Assembly (NCBI RefSeq): GCF_963921235.1
Contig: NC_086097.1
Span: 86,182,001 to 86,246,000 of the forward strand
DNA from: Mobula hypostoma
Taxonomy: Eukaryota
Direction of reading: 5' to 3'
Length of the DNA stretch: 64,000 bases
Made by a program: the position numbers and the translations under genes. Position 1 is the stretch's first letter; each line of letters begins with the position of its first letter. Positions 13,443 through 26,520 of this stretch are shown here, in pieces. Under the pieces are notes generated by a model that saw only the letters and a program-made list of their open reading frames with translations, was not told the origin of the DNA and searched no databases.

Positions 13443-14615
13443 TGTACGGTGATGTAACTGGTGAAACGTACATAATTCACAACCACCTGACATTAGGTTG
13501 GAGTTCACCTTAAGAGGCTGGTCAGAGGTGATAATGTAATTAGGTGAAGTTTAGTTACTGTGCTTTGTGTTCAGGTTTTGGAGTAAAATAAATGAGTTAT
13601 TATGTTTTTTCTTAAAGTTAAGATGTCTCGCATTGTTTTATTTATGAAAACCGATGTTTGTGACCCTGATGCTCTAGGACAATCCCAGAGTTATTGAACA
13701 TGTCGGCCAATGCAGTCGCATTGAAGCTGCTGCAGTTTTGGAAGCAAAACACCATTGTTTGGTTTGTACAAGCCGAGGTCCAATTCATACTGCAAGAAAT
13801 CTCCGCCAACAACATCAAATATTTCTATGTGGTAGCGTCACTCAGCAACTCCATGGCTGTGAAATAAATACCGATTGCTGAAAACTCACCTTTTACAGAC
13901 TTTCGGACTATCGGAGTCTGAGCGCGCCAAACTGAGCTCTCCTCGTCCGGCCTCAGCAGTGCTAATGGACCACACACTGTCTCTCCTGGGAAATCACCAT
14001 CCTTGTTTTATTTTTAAAGAACTCTTCATGCAGCAAATGCCTGATCCAGTTTGCATAGCCCTCGCTAATGCACCCGTGAAGGACTATAAGGAGCTTGCTA
14101 AAATGGCTGATAGTCTACACGCAGCCAGGAGAGGTGCATAAGTCCTCCTCCTTTCCCTGCCTCAATAAGGCCTTCAAATAGACAACGCAGGGTCTGTGTT
14201 TTTACCATGCTCACTTTGGTATGAATGCTAGGAAGTGCTGACTGCCTTGCAGCTTCGAAAGTGCCAGCGCATCTGGACATCAGAGGTCTGTGAACACCAT
14301 GGTTTCCAGCTGCCAGGGAAGTTTACTGTTCATTATGGACACCTTTTCATCTTGTGTGACACAGGTGCTCGAGTGAGTGTGCTGCCAGCATTGCCCAATT
14401 GATTAGAAAGCAAAGAGTGATGAAATCTTGTTGGAAGCCGCCAGCGCCAGCAGGATTTGGACTTACGGGACATGATGGGTGATGCTCTGCTTCAGTGGGC
14501 AACATTATACATGGGACTTCGGCCTTGCTGAAGAGGCTGGGAGTTCTGCTCGGTGCGGATTTCCTGTCTGCCCAAGAACTGTTAGTCGATCTTAAGAATT
14601 GCTGGCCTGTGGATA
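13443..14615 (+). mobile_element. Gypsy LTR retrotransposon 5' fragment (LTR, PBS, gag, protease)
   Basis: LTR with AATAAA ~13588; PBS-like TTGTGACCCTGA ~13658; gag MSANAVALKLLQFW...WFVQAEVQF...KYFYVV from 13700; protease-like CDTGARVSVLP ~14355. Confidence 0.8.
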
Positions 14616-15639
14616 TTACTCATCAGATACCATTCAGCAACAGCCTCCCAAATGTGGGATAGTGTCCCAAATAAATGACTGGAATCCCGACAATTTACTT
14701 GATTAGTTTGTGTCCTTTAAGAGTCTCCTATGTAAGCAGCTGCCTGATGGCCCAATTAACCGGAATCCACGATATAACCTAAATCCTACCTAGGAGGAGC
14801 ACAACAGTTCAAAAAGGTGGCTCAACACACTTTTTCAAGGACAGCTCAGAGGAGGCAGTAAATACTGGCCTTGCTCGTAATGCTCGGATCCAATAAAAAT
14901 GGTCATGTTAAAAAAACACCATCAGTTCACTTGGCCGTTGTCACTATCTCAGCAGATATTCTCTTTGGTTTTTCGGGCCACAAATATAATTTTACACTCT
15001 CTGCCAAGAAAAAATCTGCCATGCTTTGCAGCTAGTGTACAATCCTTGTATAAGGTAGTCAATTAAATGTTCTATTTTTCTGTTCCAATTATAAGTTAGT
15101 CCTTATCTCCAACTGTCAGTTCCTTTCTCTGTATTTAGGACTGACATATGAAGTTATTTGATCAGTCCTATATCTTGAATCCTACTGCTGTGCTCATAAG
15201 AGTTGGGCAACGTTTTTTTCATTTTTCCTCCCATCAGGTTTGTCATTGTCCTTTTACTGCCTATTTATCTGTTACCTATCATAATATATTTATTTCTCAC
15301 TATTCTTATCTCTGTCTTCACTTACTTAAACACTTTTATTTTCTCAGTTCCCTTTTTATTCCCTTTCCCAGTCCCTTTGTTTTCCCAAATAAAAGTATGT
15401 GAAAATGTATAAATGTATAAGCGAAATCAAAATATACAGAGAAAGAAAAATGTCTCATGGAAATCTGGGGAATACCAATAAACTTTTGAAACAAGTCAGT
15501 CGAACCTGGAACACCAATGTCATCCAGTTTCATCCCAATTTACTTTTGTAAAATTCAGTACACTTTGTTTAAAACATGGTCAAAATAAATGGCTCTCATT
15601 TGGGTGAGAAATTTATTTTTTTTCATAAGACCATGAAGC

Positions 15640-15837
15640 AATATCACTCACTTTCCCCCTCACTTGGTCTCACCTTTCACCTCCCAGCCTGTATTCCCCC
15701 CCCCCCAACCTTCTTATGCTAGCTTCTAACAGCTTTACTTTTCTGATGAAGAGTCACAGCCCAAAATGTCAACTGTTTATCCCCCTCCATTGATGCTGCC
15801 TGACTTGCTGAATTCCTCCAACATTTTGTGTGTGTGA
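15640..15837 (+). mobile_element. Penelope-like pLTR 3' end with decayed hammerhead
   Basis: CTGATGAAGAGTCACAGCCCAAAATGTCAACTG (~15743-15775; GAAA mutated), followed by GATGCTGCCTGACTTGCTGAATTCCTCCAACATTTTGTGTGTG. Confidence 0.75.
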
Positions 15838-16127
15838 CACATTTGATGGGCTAGCCGGCCACTTTACAAATGGTAAGTGTTTTTGGACAGGTTCCATTGT
15901 TTGATTTCCCAGATGGGATAATAAATTAAAACTTGTCCAGCACTCTAATATCAACTGCAACTGATTTTAAGCAGCTCATTATTAATGCCTTAGAGATGAA
16001 CAAATCAAAATTTATATTGAGATTGAGCAACATACACATAACACAATTGCAATCATTAGTAAAATAAACCTTACGTAAATGTAAATACTTGTAAATATGT
16101 ACAAATATTTAAATGCAAATACTTGTG

Positions 16128-16422
16128 AGGTGCCATGGTAGCGTGGCGGTTAGTGCGATGCTATTACTGTTCAGGGCATCGATGTTGGAGTTTAATTCCT
16201 GTGTCCTCTGTAAGAAATTTGTACGTCATTCCCACAAGTGCATGGGTTTCTTCCAGGTGCTCCAGTCACCTCCTACATTCTAAAGACATAACGGTTAGTG
16301 GGTTAAATGGACATTGTTAATGGCCCTGTGATTAGGCCAGCATTAAACTGGCAGGTTGCTGGACAGTGCCACTTGTTGGGGGTGTCAGGGCCCGTTCTGC
16401 ACTGTACCTCTGAATAAAAAAT
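16128..16422 (+). mobile_element. V-SINE/HE1-like SINE
   Basis: A box GGTAGCGTGGCGGTTAG, B box GAGTTTAATTCC, V-domain TGGGTTTCTTCCAGGTGCTCCAG, CR1-like tail GGGCCCGTTCTGCACTGTA, A-rich end. Confidence 0.75.
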
Positions 16423-16440
16423 AAACAGATATATACATCA

Positions 16441-16478
16441 AAAGATAGATAGATAGATAGATAAATAAATAAATAAAT
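16441..16478. repeat. (GATA)n(TAAA)n microsatellite
   Basis: Direct inspection. Confidence 0.9.
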
Positions 16479-17802
16479 GCTTTGGACTGAGAAATAGCCA
16501 GCCTTATATTCAACTTTGCTGATAACAATCAATTAGGCAAAATAATATATAGTATAAATGGGAGCAGAAAGTTGCAGAGTGAAACTTATAAATTAAGTAC
16601 ACAGTATTAATTAATTTATTATTTTTTTCATGCATTTGACAGATTGTCTTCTTTTGCTCATTGATTGTCAGCCTTGTTTGTGGACTTTTTCGTTGATTTT
16701 GCTGAGTTTCTATGTTCTATTGTGAATGCCTGCAAGGAAAGACACCTCAGGATATATAGTGGCATGGACGCACTTTGATCATCAATTTACTTTGAACTTT
16801 GCACGAGAACTTAAGCCTGTTCAGATGGATAATATTGTGGGAAGTAATAAGTTGCTACTTTAAAGGAAGATTAATTAGTACATTTTCTAAATGGCATGAA
16901 GCTAGAAACTGCTGAGATTTAGAGGCCCAAGTACAGACATGAAGAAATGCTACTGGATCAATACAAACGGAAAGCAATTACACAACCGCTGGAATGTTTT
17001 TTATCTGAAGAGGTATTTAGACTTGGTTATTAATTTCTGGGCAGTGCCCGTCTGCAGTTTAAAACTTGAGGGTAACAAACAGAATCACACCTAATCTGAA
17101 AAGGTTAAAGCTACAACAACAAATTGCAGAAACTATGTTTCTATTCACTGGAGTAAATGTGGTTAAATGTGTTCAATGCAGAGCTTAAGATAATCAAAGG
17201 AATGCCAAGGTAGATGGAGAGAAACCTTTTCCACCAGCGGGAAAACCCTTAAAGTTTACATCATGCCATTTAGAATTGAGAACTATTTGACACAGAAGTT
17301 GGTGGAAATCTAAAACTCCTCTTGAAAACCTGGAAAACATGTACAGTAGCTACATATATTCCCCGAGAGACAAAATGGAAACAGAGACTGAGGAAGCTGT
17401 TTTACAAGACAAAACTTTAAAGAGTCACAGAGCCAAATGTTTAAACTGCACCAGGATACAGATCATCTATGATTACAAGTAACAGTGAAATTAGTTCAGG
17501 CATCTGAATGGCCTACTCATATTCTTGTGTTTTAGGTTAAGAATTACTCTTTCGCACCTTGACTCCTTTTATAAGGTTGCAAATATATAGGCAGCTCATT
17601 CGGAAAATAAATGACATGCCATTTGAATTCATTATATCCTTGCCTAAACCCATCAGTTAGCATGCTTTCTCAGATTATTACATATTTTATGGCAGCTTCA
17701 CTTCTGAGAATAATGGAAGAGTTTAAAATAGGGATATTGCCTTTCGTAAATAGTAATTACTTAGGAAGTGGTTGTAATAAGGTGCAAAAGATTAACATGG
17801 TT

Positions 17803-19220
17803 ACACACACAAAATGCTGGAGGAACTCAGCAGGCCAGGCATCATCTACGGAAAAAAGTACAGTCAACGTTTCAGGCTGAGACCCTTTGCCAGGACTGGA
17901 GAAAAAAGATGCGGAGTAGATTTAAAAAGGTAGGGAAGGGGAGAGAGAAATACAAGGTAATGGGTAGAACCTGGGGGAGGGGGGATGAAGTAAAGATTTG
18001 GGAAGTTGATTGGGTGAAAGAGATAGAGTGCTGGAGGCGGGGGGACCGATAGGTGAGAGCAGAAGACCGTGGAAGTAAGAAAAGGGGAGGAGCACCCAGA
18101 GGGAGGCAAGAGGCAGGCAAGAAGATAAGGTGAGAGACGGAAAAGGGGGTGGGGAATGGGTGAAGGGGAGGGGCATTACTGGAAGTCAAGAAAACGATCT
18201 TTATGCCATCAGGTTGGAGGCTACCCAGATGGAATATAAGATGTTGTTCCTCCAACCTGAGTGTGGACACATCACAACAGTGGAGGAGGCCATGATTGAC
18301 ATATTGGAATGGGAATGGGAAGTGGAATTAAAATGCGTGGCTACAGGGAGATCCTGCTTCTTCTGGTGGACAGAGTGTAGATGCTCGGCAAAACGGTCTC
18401 CCAATCTACGTCAGGTCTCATTGACATACAGGGGGCCACACCGGGAGCACCGGACACAGTGTATGACCCCAGCAGAATCACAGGTGAAATGTCGCATCAC
18501 CTGGAAGGACTGTTTGGGACCCTGAATGGTAGTGAGGGAGGAGGTGTAGGGACGTGTGTAGCACTTGCTCTGCTTGCAAGGATAAGTGCCAAGAGGGAGA
18601 TCAGTGGCGATTATGTCTAACAGAGAAAGCAGGATCTCCCAGTGGCCACCCATTTTAATTCCACTTCTCATTCCCATTCCAATATATCAATCCCTAGCCT
18701 CCTCTACCTTTGCAATGAGGCCACACTCAGGTTGGAGGAACATCACCTTATATTCCATCTGCGTAGTCTCCAACCTGTTGGCATGAATGTCAATTTCTTG
18801 AATCAGTAATGCTACCCATTCACCATTCCCCAACCCCTTTTCCCTCTCTCACCTTATCTGCTTCCATTGCTTCCCTCCAGTACTCCTCTCCCCTTTTCTT
18901 TCTTCCATGGCCTTCTGTCCTCCCGTATCAGACTCCCCCTTCTCCCTCTTCTCCAGCCCTGTATCTCTTTCACCAATCAACTTCCCAGCTCTATAATTCA
19001 CCCCCCTCCCCGGTTCCACTTATTACCTTGTGTTTCTCTGTCCCCTCCCCCATCTTTTAAATCTACTCCGCATCTTTTTTCATCCAGTCCTGCCAAAGGG
19101 TCTCGGCCCGAAACGTCAACTGAGCTTTTTCTCCATAGGTGCTGCCTGGCCAGCTGAGTTCCTCCAGCATTTTGTGTGTGTTGCTTTGATTTCCAACATC
19201 CGTAGATTTTCTCTTGTTTG
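17803..19220. mobile_element. Penelope-like element, inverted (fold-back) insertion with GIY-YIG endonuclease remnant and terminal hammerheads
   Basis: Minus strand VIHCVRCSRCGPLYVNET...RFAEHL...LPVATHFNSTSH...LEEQHLIFHLGSLQPDG (GIY-YIG); arms ~17803-18365 and ~18620-19180 are inverted copies; flanks AGATTAACATGG (17789) / AGATTATCAAGG (19221), a 10/12 TSD. Confidence 0.9.
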
Positions 19221-19429
19221 AGATTATCAAGGGGCTATTTTACAGTGATTAGGGGTGAAATGATGCCATTGCCGAAATAAGAAATGCCTACTGCATAACG
19301 TAGTCCTCTAGGTAATGAGTATTTCACTTAGTTAGTTCTCAGTGATCTAAATTATCTTTAGTGCCAAGCTTTATAAATTCATTTTCCTTGTGGATTTTAG
19401 CCAAATTGCCAATAGATCCAGTACTATAC

Positions 19430-19600
19430 AGAACACAAAAACATAAGAAATAGGAGCAGGAATAGGCCATCCGGCCCATCAAGCCTGCTCCTCTATTCAA
19501 TAAGATCATGGTTGATCTGGCCGTGGACTCATCTCCACCTACCTGCCTTTTCCCCATAACTTTTAATTCCCCAACTATGCAAAGATCTATCCAATCTTTT
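19430..19600 (-). mobile_element. CR1 3' tail fragment
   Basis: AACATAAGAAATAGGAGCAGGAATAGGCCATCCGGCCC..., closely matching 41398-41600. Confidence 0.8.
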
Positions 19601-20591
19601 CCAACAGGTCTCAGAAATGAGAGCTGAATAAAATGAAGTAATACCAGTCAGCAGCTGTAAGGTATTTTGACACCTTGTTTCTATGCTGTGCATTTAAATT
19701 CATTGCAGGTGCTGTCACAGCTGCAGGTTTCTTTTCTTACCGGAACACCACGAGCTGTGATATAAGTAGAGGACTTAAGCTTGCACATTAAAGGACTGCC
19801 AATGAAACTGCAGGTTTGGAAAATTGCTGTTTGTCACCTGCTTCTTGCAGTGTATATCAGTATATTGTATGTTTTGAAGAAAATCTGAAGTGGTTAGTTA
19901 GATTTCAAGATAATGTTAAACCTGTGGGGATATAAAACCTGAATAGCCATTATGTAACTGTGGTGAAAAACACACCAATTTCCTAGATTCAACAGTGCAC
20001 TTTGATCAGTTCCCACAGAAGGAAACTGACTGTGGTGAAGCTTATTTATGTAATTGGAAGGATGGCAGTGATGCTTCAGTCTCAGCTGAGCTCAATACCT
20101 TTTATGCACACTGTGAAAGTGATAATATAACTACAGGTACGTGGATCCCTACAGCACCTAGTGACCCTGTCTTGGAGGAAGATGTCAGACCGTCTCTCAC
20201 AAGGCGACAGGCCTCAATAAGGTACCTAGTAGGGCTCTGAAAACCTGTGCCAACCAACCAGCGGGTGTGTTCAAAGACATTTTCAATCTCTCATTGCTGC
20301 AGTCCAAATTTCCTGCCTGTATTAAAAGAACAACAATCATACCAGGGCCCAAGAAGAGCAAGGTGAGCTGCCTTAAAGACTATTGTCTAGAAGCACTCAT
20401 ATCTACAGAGATGAAGTGCTCTAAGAGGTTGGTTATGGCTAATAGCAAAGACCTGAACCTACTGAAATTTGCCTATCACCACAGTAGGTCTACAGAAGAT
20501 GCGATCTCATTGGCTCTTCATGTGGCCTTGGATTATCTGGACAATACTAAAACATATCAGGCTACTGTTTATTGACTACACCTCAGTGTTT

Positions 20592-23500
20592 AGACCTTAA
20601 GACCATAAGATGTAGGAGCAGAATTGGGCCATTTGGCCCATTGAGTCTGTTCTGTCATTCAATCATGGCTGATTCCTTTTCCCTCTCCCTGGCCTTCTCC
20701 ACGTAATCTTTGATGCCGTGTTCAATCAAGAATCAACCAAACTCTGCCTTAAATACACCTAACAGCCTGGCCCCCACAGCTGCCTGTGGTAAAGAATTCC
20801 ACAAATTCACCACCCTCTAGATAAAGAAATTCCTCCGCATCTCAGTTTTAAATGGACACCCCTCTACACTGAAGTTGTGTCTCTTGCCCTACGCTCCTCT
20901 ACCATGGGAATGAGACAGGGCAGGTGACGGAGGTATGTGTTGGGGTGCACTTCGGGTCCAGTGATCACAATACCATTAGTTTCAGTGTAATTATGAAGAA
21001 GGATAGGACTGGACCTAGGATTGAGATTTTTGATTGGAGAAAGGCTAACTTTGAGGAGATGCAAAAGGATTTAGAAGGAGTGGATTGTGACAATTTGTTT
21101 TATGGGAAGGATGTAACAGAGAAATGGAGGTCATTTAAAAGTGACATCCTGAGGGTTCAGAATCTTTATGTTTCTGATAGGTTGAAAGGAAAGGTTAAAA
21201 GTTTGAGAGAGCCATGGTTTTCAAGAGATATAGGAAACTTGGTCCGGAAAAAGAGAGGGATCTTCAATAAATATAGGCAGCTTGGAGTTAATGAGGTACT
21301 CGAGGAATATAAAGAATGTAAAAAGAATCTTAAGAAAGAAATTAGAAAAGCTAAAAGAAGATACGAGGTTGCTTTGGCAAGTAAGGTGAAAATAAATCCA
21401 AAGGGTTTCTACAGTTATGTTAGTGGCAAAAGGATAGTGAGGGATAAAATTGGTCCCTTGGGGAGTCAGAGTGGATGGCTATGTGCGGAGCCAAAAGAGA
21501 TGGGGGAGATTTTGAACAATTTCTTTTCTTCGCTATTCACTAAGGAGAAGGATATTGAATTGTGTAAGGTAAAGGAAACAAGAAGGGTAGTTATGGAAAG
21601 TATGACAATTAAAGAAGAGGAAGTACTGGCACTTTTAAGGAATATAAAAGTGGATAAGTCTCCGGGTCCGGACAAGATATTCCCTAGGACCTTAAGGGAA
21701 GTTAGTGTCGAAATAGCAGGGGCTCTGACAGAAATATTTCAGATGTCATTAGAAACGGGGATGGTGCCAGAGGATTGGCGTATTGATCATGTGGTTCCAT
21801 TGTTTAAAGAGGGTTCTAAGAGTAAACCTGGCAATTATCGACCTGTGTGTTTGACATCAGTGGTGAGTAAATTGATGGAAAGTATTCTTAGAGGAGGTAT
21901 ATATAATTATCTGGATAGACAGGGTCTGATTAGGAACAGTCAACATGGATTTGTGCGTGGAAGGTCACGTTTGACAAATCTTATTGAATTTTTTGATGAG
22001 GTTACTAAGAAAGTTGACGAGGGTAAAGCGGTGGATGTTGTCTATATGGTCTTCAGTAAGGCCTTTGACAAGGTTCCACACGGAAGGTTAGTTAGGAAGG
22101 TTCAATCGTTAGGCATTAATATCGAAGTAGTGAAATGGATTCAGCAGTGGCTAGATGGGAGACGCTAGAGAGTAGTGGTGGATAACTGTGTGTCAGATTG
22201 GAGGACGGTGAGTAGCGGTGTGCCTCAGGGATCTGTACTGGGTCCAATGTTGTTTGTCATATATATTAATGATCTGGATGAAGGGGTGGTAAATTGGATT
22301 AGTAAGTATGCAGATGATACTAAGATAAGTGGTGTTGTGGATGTTGAGGTAGGTTTTCAAAGCTAGCAGTGAGATTTAGGACAGTTAGAAGAGTGGGCTG
22401 AAAGATGGCAGATGGAGTTTAATGTTGAAAAATGTGAGGTGCTACATTTTGGTAGGACTAATCAAAACAGGACATACATGGTAAGTGGTAGGGCATTGAA
22501 GAATGCTGTAGAACAGAGGGATCTAGGAATAGTGGTGCATAGTTCCCTGAAGGTGGAATCTCATGTGGATAGGGTGGTGAAGAAAACTTCCGGTATGCTG
22601 GCCTTTATAAGTCAGAGCATTGAGTATAGGAGTTGGGATGTAATGCTGAGATTGTATAAGGCATTGGTAAGGCCAAATTTGGAGTATTGAGTACAGTTCT
22701 GGTCACCGAATTATAGGAAAGATGTCAATAAAATTGAGGGAGTACAGAGGAGGTTTACTAAAATGTTGCCTGGGTTTCATCTCCTAAGTTACAGAGAAAG
22801 GTTGAACAAGTTAGGTCTTTATTCTTTGGAGCGTAGAAGGTTGAGGGGGTCTTGATAGAGGTGTTTAAAATTATGAGGGGGATTGATAGAGTTGACATGG
22901 ATAGGCTTTTTCCATTGAGAGTGCGAAGATTAAAACAAGAGGACATGAGTTGAGAGTTAAAGGACAAAAGTTTAGGGGTAATATGAGGGGGAACTTCTTT
23001 ACTCAGAGAGTGGTAGCTGTGTGGAACGAGCTTCCAGCAGAAGTGGTTGAGGCAGGTTTGATGTTGTCGTTTAAATTTAAATTGGATAGATACATGGACA
23101 GGAAAGGAATGGAGGGTTATGGGCTGAGTGCAGGTCAGTAGGACTAGGAGAGAGTGAGAGTTCAGCATGGACTAGAAGGGCCGAGATGGCCTGTTTCCGT
23201 GCTGTAATTGTTATATGGTTATATGGGAAACATCCTTTCCACATCTACTCTGTCTAGGCCTTTCAACATTTGAAGGGTTTCAGTGAGATCTCCCCTCATC
23301 CTTCTAAATTCCAGCAACAAGGCCATCTATACTATCGTCACAATCATTGATATTCAGCATAAAGAGAAGTGGTCCCAACATTGACCCCTGCGGAGCGCTA
23401 CTAGTCACTGGCATCCAACCAGACAAGGACCCTTTTATTTCCACTCGCTGCCTCCTACTAATCAGCAACACTCTAACCATGCTAGTAACATTCTTGTAAT

Positions 23501-23900
23501 ACCATCGGCCCTTAATTTGGTAAGCAGCCTCATGTGTGGCACCTTGTCAAAGGCCTTCTGAAAATCCAAATATATAACATCCACTGCATTCCCTTTATCT
23601 ATCCTACTTGTAGTCTCTTCAAATAATTCCAACAGGTTTGTTAGGCAAGGTTTTTTCTTAAGGAAACCATGCTCACTTTGTCCTATCCTGTCCGGTGTCA
23701 CCAAGTACTCCATATTCTCATCTTTAACAATGCCTCCAATATCTTCCCAACAACTGAGGTCAGGCTAACTGGTGTATAATTTTCTTTCTGTTGCCTTATT
23801 CCTTTCTAAAAGAGTGGAGTGACTTTTGCCATTTTCCAGTCCTCTGGCACCGTGGCAGAGTCCAATGATTTTTTTGAAAGATCATTACTAACGCCTCCAT
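20592..23900 (-). mobile_element. CR1 LINE 3' part (internally deleted), split by a plus-strand CR1
   Basis: Tail AGACCATAAGATGTAGGAGCAG at 20592; RT NLLELFEE...YLDFQKAFDKVPH at 23462-23713; 3' region resumes at 23225. Confidence 0.85.
20910..23224 (+). mobile_element. CR1 LINE, 5'-truncated ORF2 (414-aa open stretch) with tail
   Basis: [36 protein letters not shown]; tail GTTATATGGTTATATG; ATGGGAA duplicated at ~20903 and ~23223. Confidence 0.95.
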
Positions 23901-25194
23901 AATGTTTAATATAATCATTCCTACATGTTATATCATAGAAATCCACAATCTGGGCCTCTACAACTGGATCCTTGACTTTCTCACCAGAAGATCACAGTTT
24001 GTGCAGATCAAAAATAGCATCTCCACTTCACTGATAATCAACACTGGTGCACCTCAAGGATGCATGCTTAGCCCACTGTTCCACTCTCTCTACACTCATG
24101 ACTGTGTGGCTAGGCATAGATCAAATGCCGTCTATAAATTTGCTGGCGACACAACTATTGTTGACAGAATTTCAGATGGTGACGCAAAGGCACACAGGAG
24201 TGAGATAGAGCAGCTGGCTGAGTGGTGTCACAGCAACAACCTTGCACTCAACGTCAGTAAGACTAAAGAATTGATTGCGGACTTCATACTAGGTAAAATG
24301 AGGGTAAACACACTGGTCCTCATAGAGGGATGAAAAGTGGAAAGAGTGAGCAATTTCAAGTTCTTGGGTGTCAGCATCTCCAAGGATCTATCCTGGGCCC
24401 ATGCAGTTACAAAGTAGGCAGGGCAGTGACTATATTTCATTAGGATTTTGAGGAGATTTAGTATGTCACCAAAGACACCCATAACTTTCTATAGATGTAC
24501 CGTGGAGAGCATTATAACTGGCTGCATCACCATCTGATACGGTTGGGTGGGGGGGCACTGCATAGGATCAAAATTAAGCTGCAGAAAGTTATAAACTCAG
24601 TCAGCTCCATCACGGGCACCACCCTCTGTAGCATCCAGGACATCAAGGAGCAATGCCTTCTTACTGTAATTCACAGTTTTTATTATTATGTATTTCTATG
24701 TACTGCAGCTGCAAAGCAACAAATTTCAGGATGTATGTCAGTGATGCTAAACCTGATTCTGATTCTGAGTACTGAGTGAATTCTCCATCAATCAAGGAGG
24801 ATGTAACCTCAGCTTGCAGACTGTACTTCCCTTCCTTGGAGAAATGACATTTTGTATGTCTGCATTTAGTTGAAAATGTTTCGAATAAACTTTTTACAGA
24901 GATTGTGATGTGAGGCAGGATAACAAAATAGGTTATGAAACAGCACGAAGCCAGTAATGGAATTTCCATTTTTCTCACTATATGGCCTGATCCCTAGGCA
25001 GGACCACAACTTCCTGCTTGATGCATTGCCCATATTAATCCTAATTCGGATCAGATCCAAACAAAAGCAGTTGTGGGATATATCAAATAATCACAGGAAT
25101 TGGGTAGGTATATGTGATGGCATCTGAAATGAGAAAGGTAAGGATAGCAACTGCATGGTAGAACTTAACTTGATTTTAAAACTGAAAGTGGGCA

Positions 25195-25312
25195 AGAAGA
25201 CTTCCGTAGATGCTGGAAATCCAGAGCAACACCCATAAAATGCTGGAGAACCTCAGCATCAATGGAAATGAATAAACAGTTGATGTTTAGGGCTGGAGTC
25301 CTTCACCAGGAT
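25195..25312 (-). mobile_element. Penelope-like pLTR 3' end with decayed hammerhead
   Basis: GTAGATGCTGGAAATCCAGAGCAACAC...ATGCTGGAGAACCTCAGC...CAGTTGATGTTTAGGGCTGGAGTCCTTCACCAGGA. Confidence 0.7.
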
Positions 25313-26284
25313 CCACATGGTTTCTTGGAGACATAAAACCAGCTTTTTAAACCAAAACCAAATCAAAATAGTTACCGCCTGAATTTTGCAAATATTGGAT
25401 AAGAATGAGAATTGAAACTGAGGTGTGTCCTGAAAGGTGCTTGCTGCAGGGTATTTTAATGCAACAGAAACTACACTGATTGGATCGAGGACTGAGGAGT
25501 TAATGAACTGTGGACAAGACAAGGCCAGCAGTCAGGGAGATACACAGAGCCAAGTGGATCATGACACTAAACACAAACTGAGAGATGGGTTAAAGCTACA
25601 TTGGGAGGTAGGAAAACTGGAGTGATCAGTGGCCTGTGCCAATTGGGTTTAGTGGGTCAGAGGCTAAGAAAGAGAGACCAATGGAGAAGAAGTAAATAGT
25701 AGTACTTACATGACTAGTGAGCCAGACAAGGGCTGTGTTATTAAAACCTGGCTGTTCCGGGAATGACCAAAGATGAGTACTTCTCAGAACAACATGGATT
25801 AATTTCACAAATAGCAAAGTAAATGAGCTAAGCAGGGAGATCAGGGAGATGAATGCCATTTGCATTTGAGGAATTGTATCATATAATCTGTTCCATGAAC
25901 TAATAGAAAAATTAATGAGCCACAGGTTAGAGGGTTAAACTTGTAAGATGTAATTATGTATGAAATGTAAGGAGAAATAGAAATGTCCCCATTTATTTTG
26001 TTGGAAATCCTGGAACTAGCATCAGGTATTCACTGTCAATTATATAGTGTAGATTTGATAGACTCTTGTTTTGTCTTTTGTAATAGTGTTTAGTTACAAC
26101 TGCATGTAAGCTTGGCTAATAAAGAAATAATTTGAATTGATGAATCATAGTTAATTGGAACCAAAAATTACTGGACCTTAACAAGATGGTTAAGGAAACA
26201 GAAAGTTAAGTCATTATACTCATCTGCTTTTGGTTACTGTGCCACATCCTACCAGTATCCAAGCTCCATTGAAGTAAAAAAGTT

Positions 26285-26520
26285 ATCATTTATTTAAACA
26301 TTTTTCACAATCCCTGGACGGCCTAAACAGCTTTACACTCAATTTTATTGGAGACATGGTCACTGTAGTAATGTAAGAATTGAGTCAACTGATTGATACA
26401 CACTAAGTTTCTACAAATAGCGCTATGACTATAACCAGGTAATCGATTCATGTGATGTTGATTGGGGGATAAATAATGATCTTAACACCGAGGAGGGCTC
26501 CCCAGTTTGTGAACAAGTAC
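26285..26520 (-). mobile_element. Ancient Deu-domain SINE (SacSINE1/AmnSINE1-like) remnant
   Basis: Degenerate match, from memory, to the reverse consensus: ATTTATTTAAACATTTTTCACAATCCCTGGACG...GTCACTGTAGTAATGTAAG...GTGATGTTGATTGGGGGATAAATA...ACACCGAGGAGGGCTCCCC. Confidence 0.5.

Larger units (their letters stand above)
10401..14772. mobile_element. Tigger/pogo-like DNA transposon relic split by RTE and Gypsy insertions
   Basis: TIRs TA|CAACGGATTCTAGTTAATTG (10401) and CCCAATTAACCGGAATCCACG (ending ~14772); own sequence 10401-10771, ~13397-13440 and ~14615-14772. Confidence 0.7.
20055..24766 (+). mobile_element. Rex1/Babar-type LINE split by two nested CR1s (own sequence ~20055-20591 and ~23900-24766)
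   Basis: FKDIFNLSL, RSTEDAISLALH, then TGAPQGCMLSP, YKFAGDT, SKTKELIADF, FKFLGV; tail AAACCTGATTCTGATTCTGA. Confidence 0.85.

Noticed and set aside
15139..15237. AG...GT-bounded segment with MKLFDQSY...
   Set aside because: Stops in all frames from the acceptor; low-complexity T-rich context.
20924..22168. 414-aa ORF as a host gene
   Set aside because: It is CR1 ORF2 (EN end plus RT), 5'-truncated and followed by stops.
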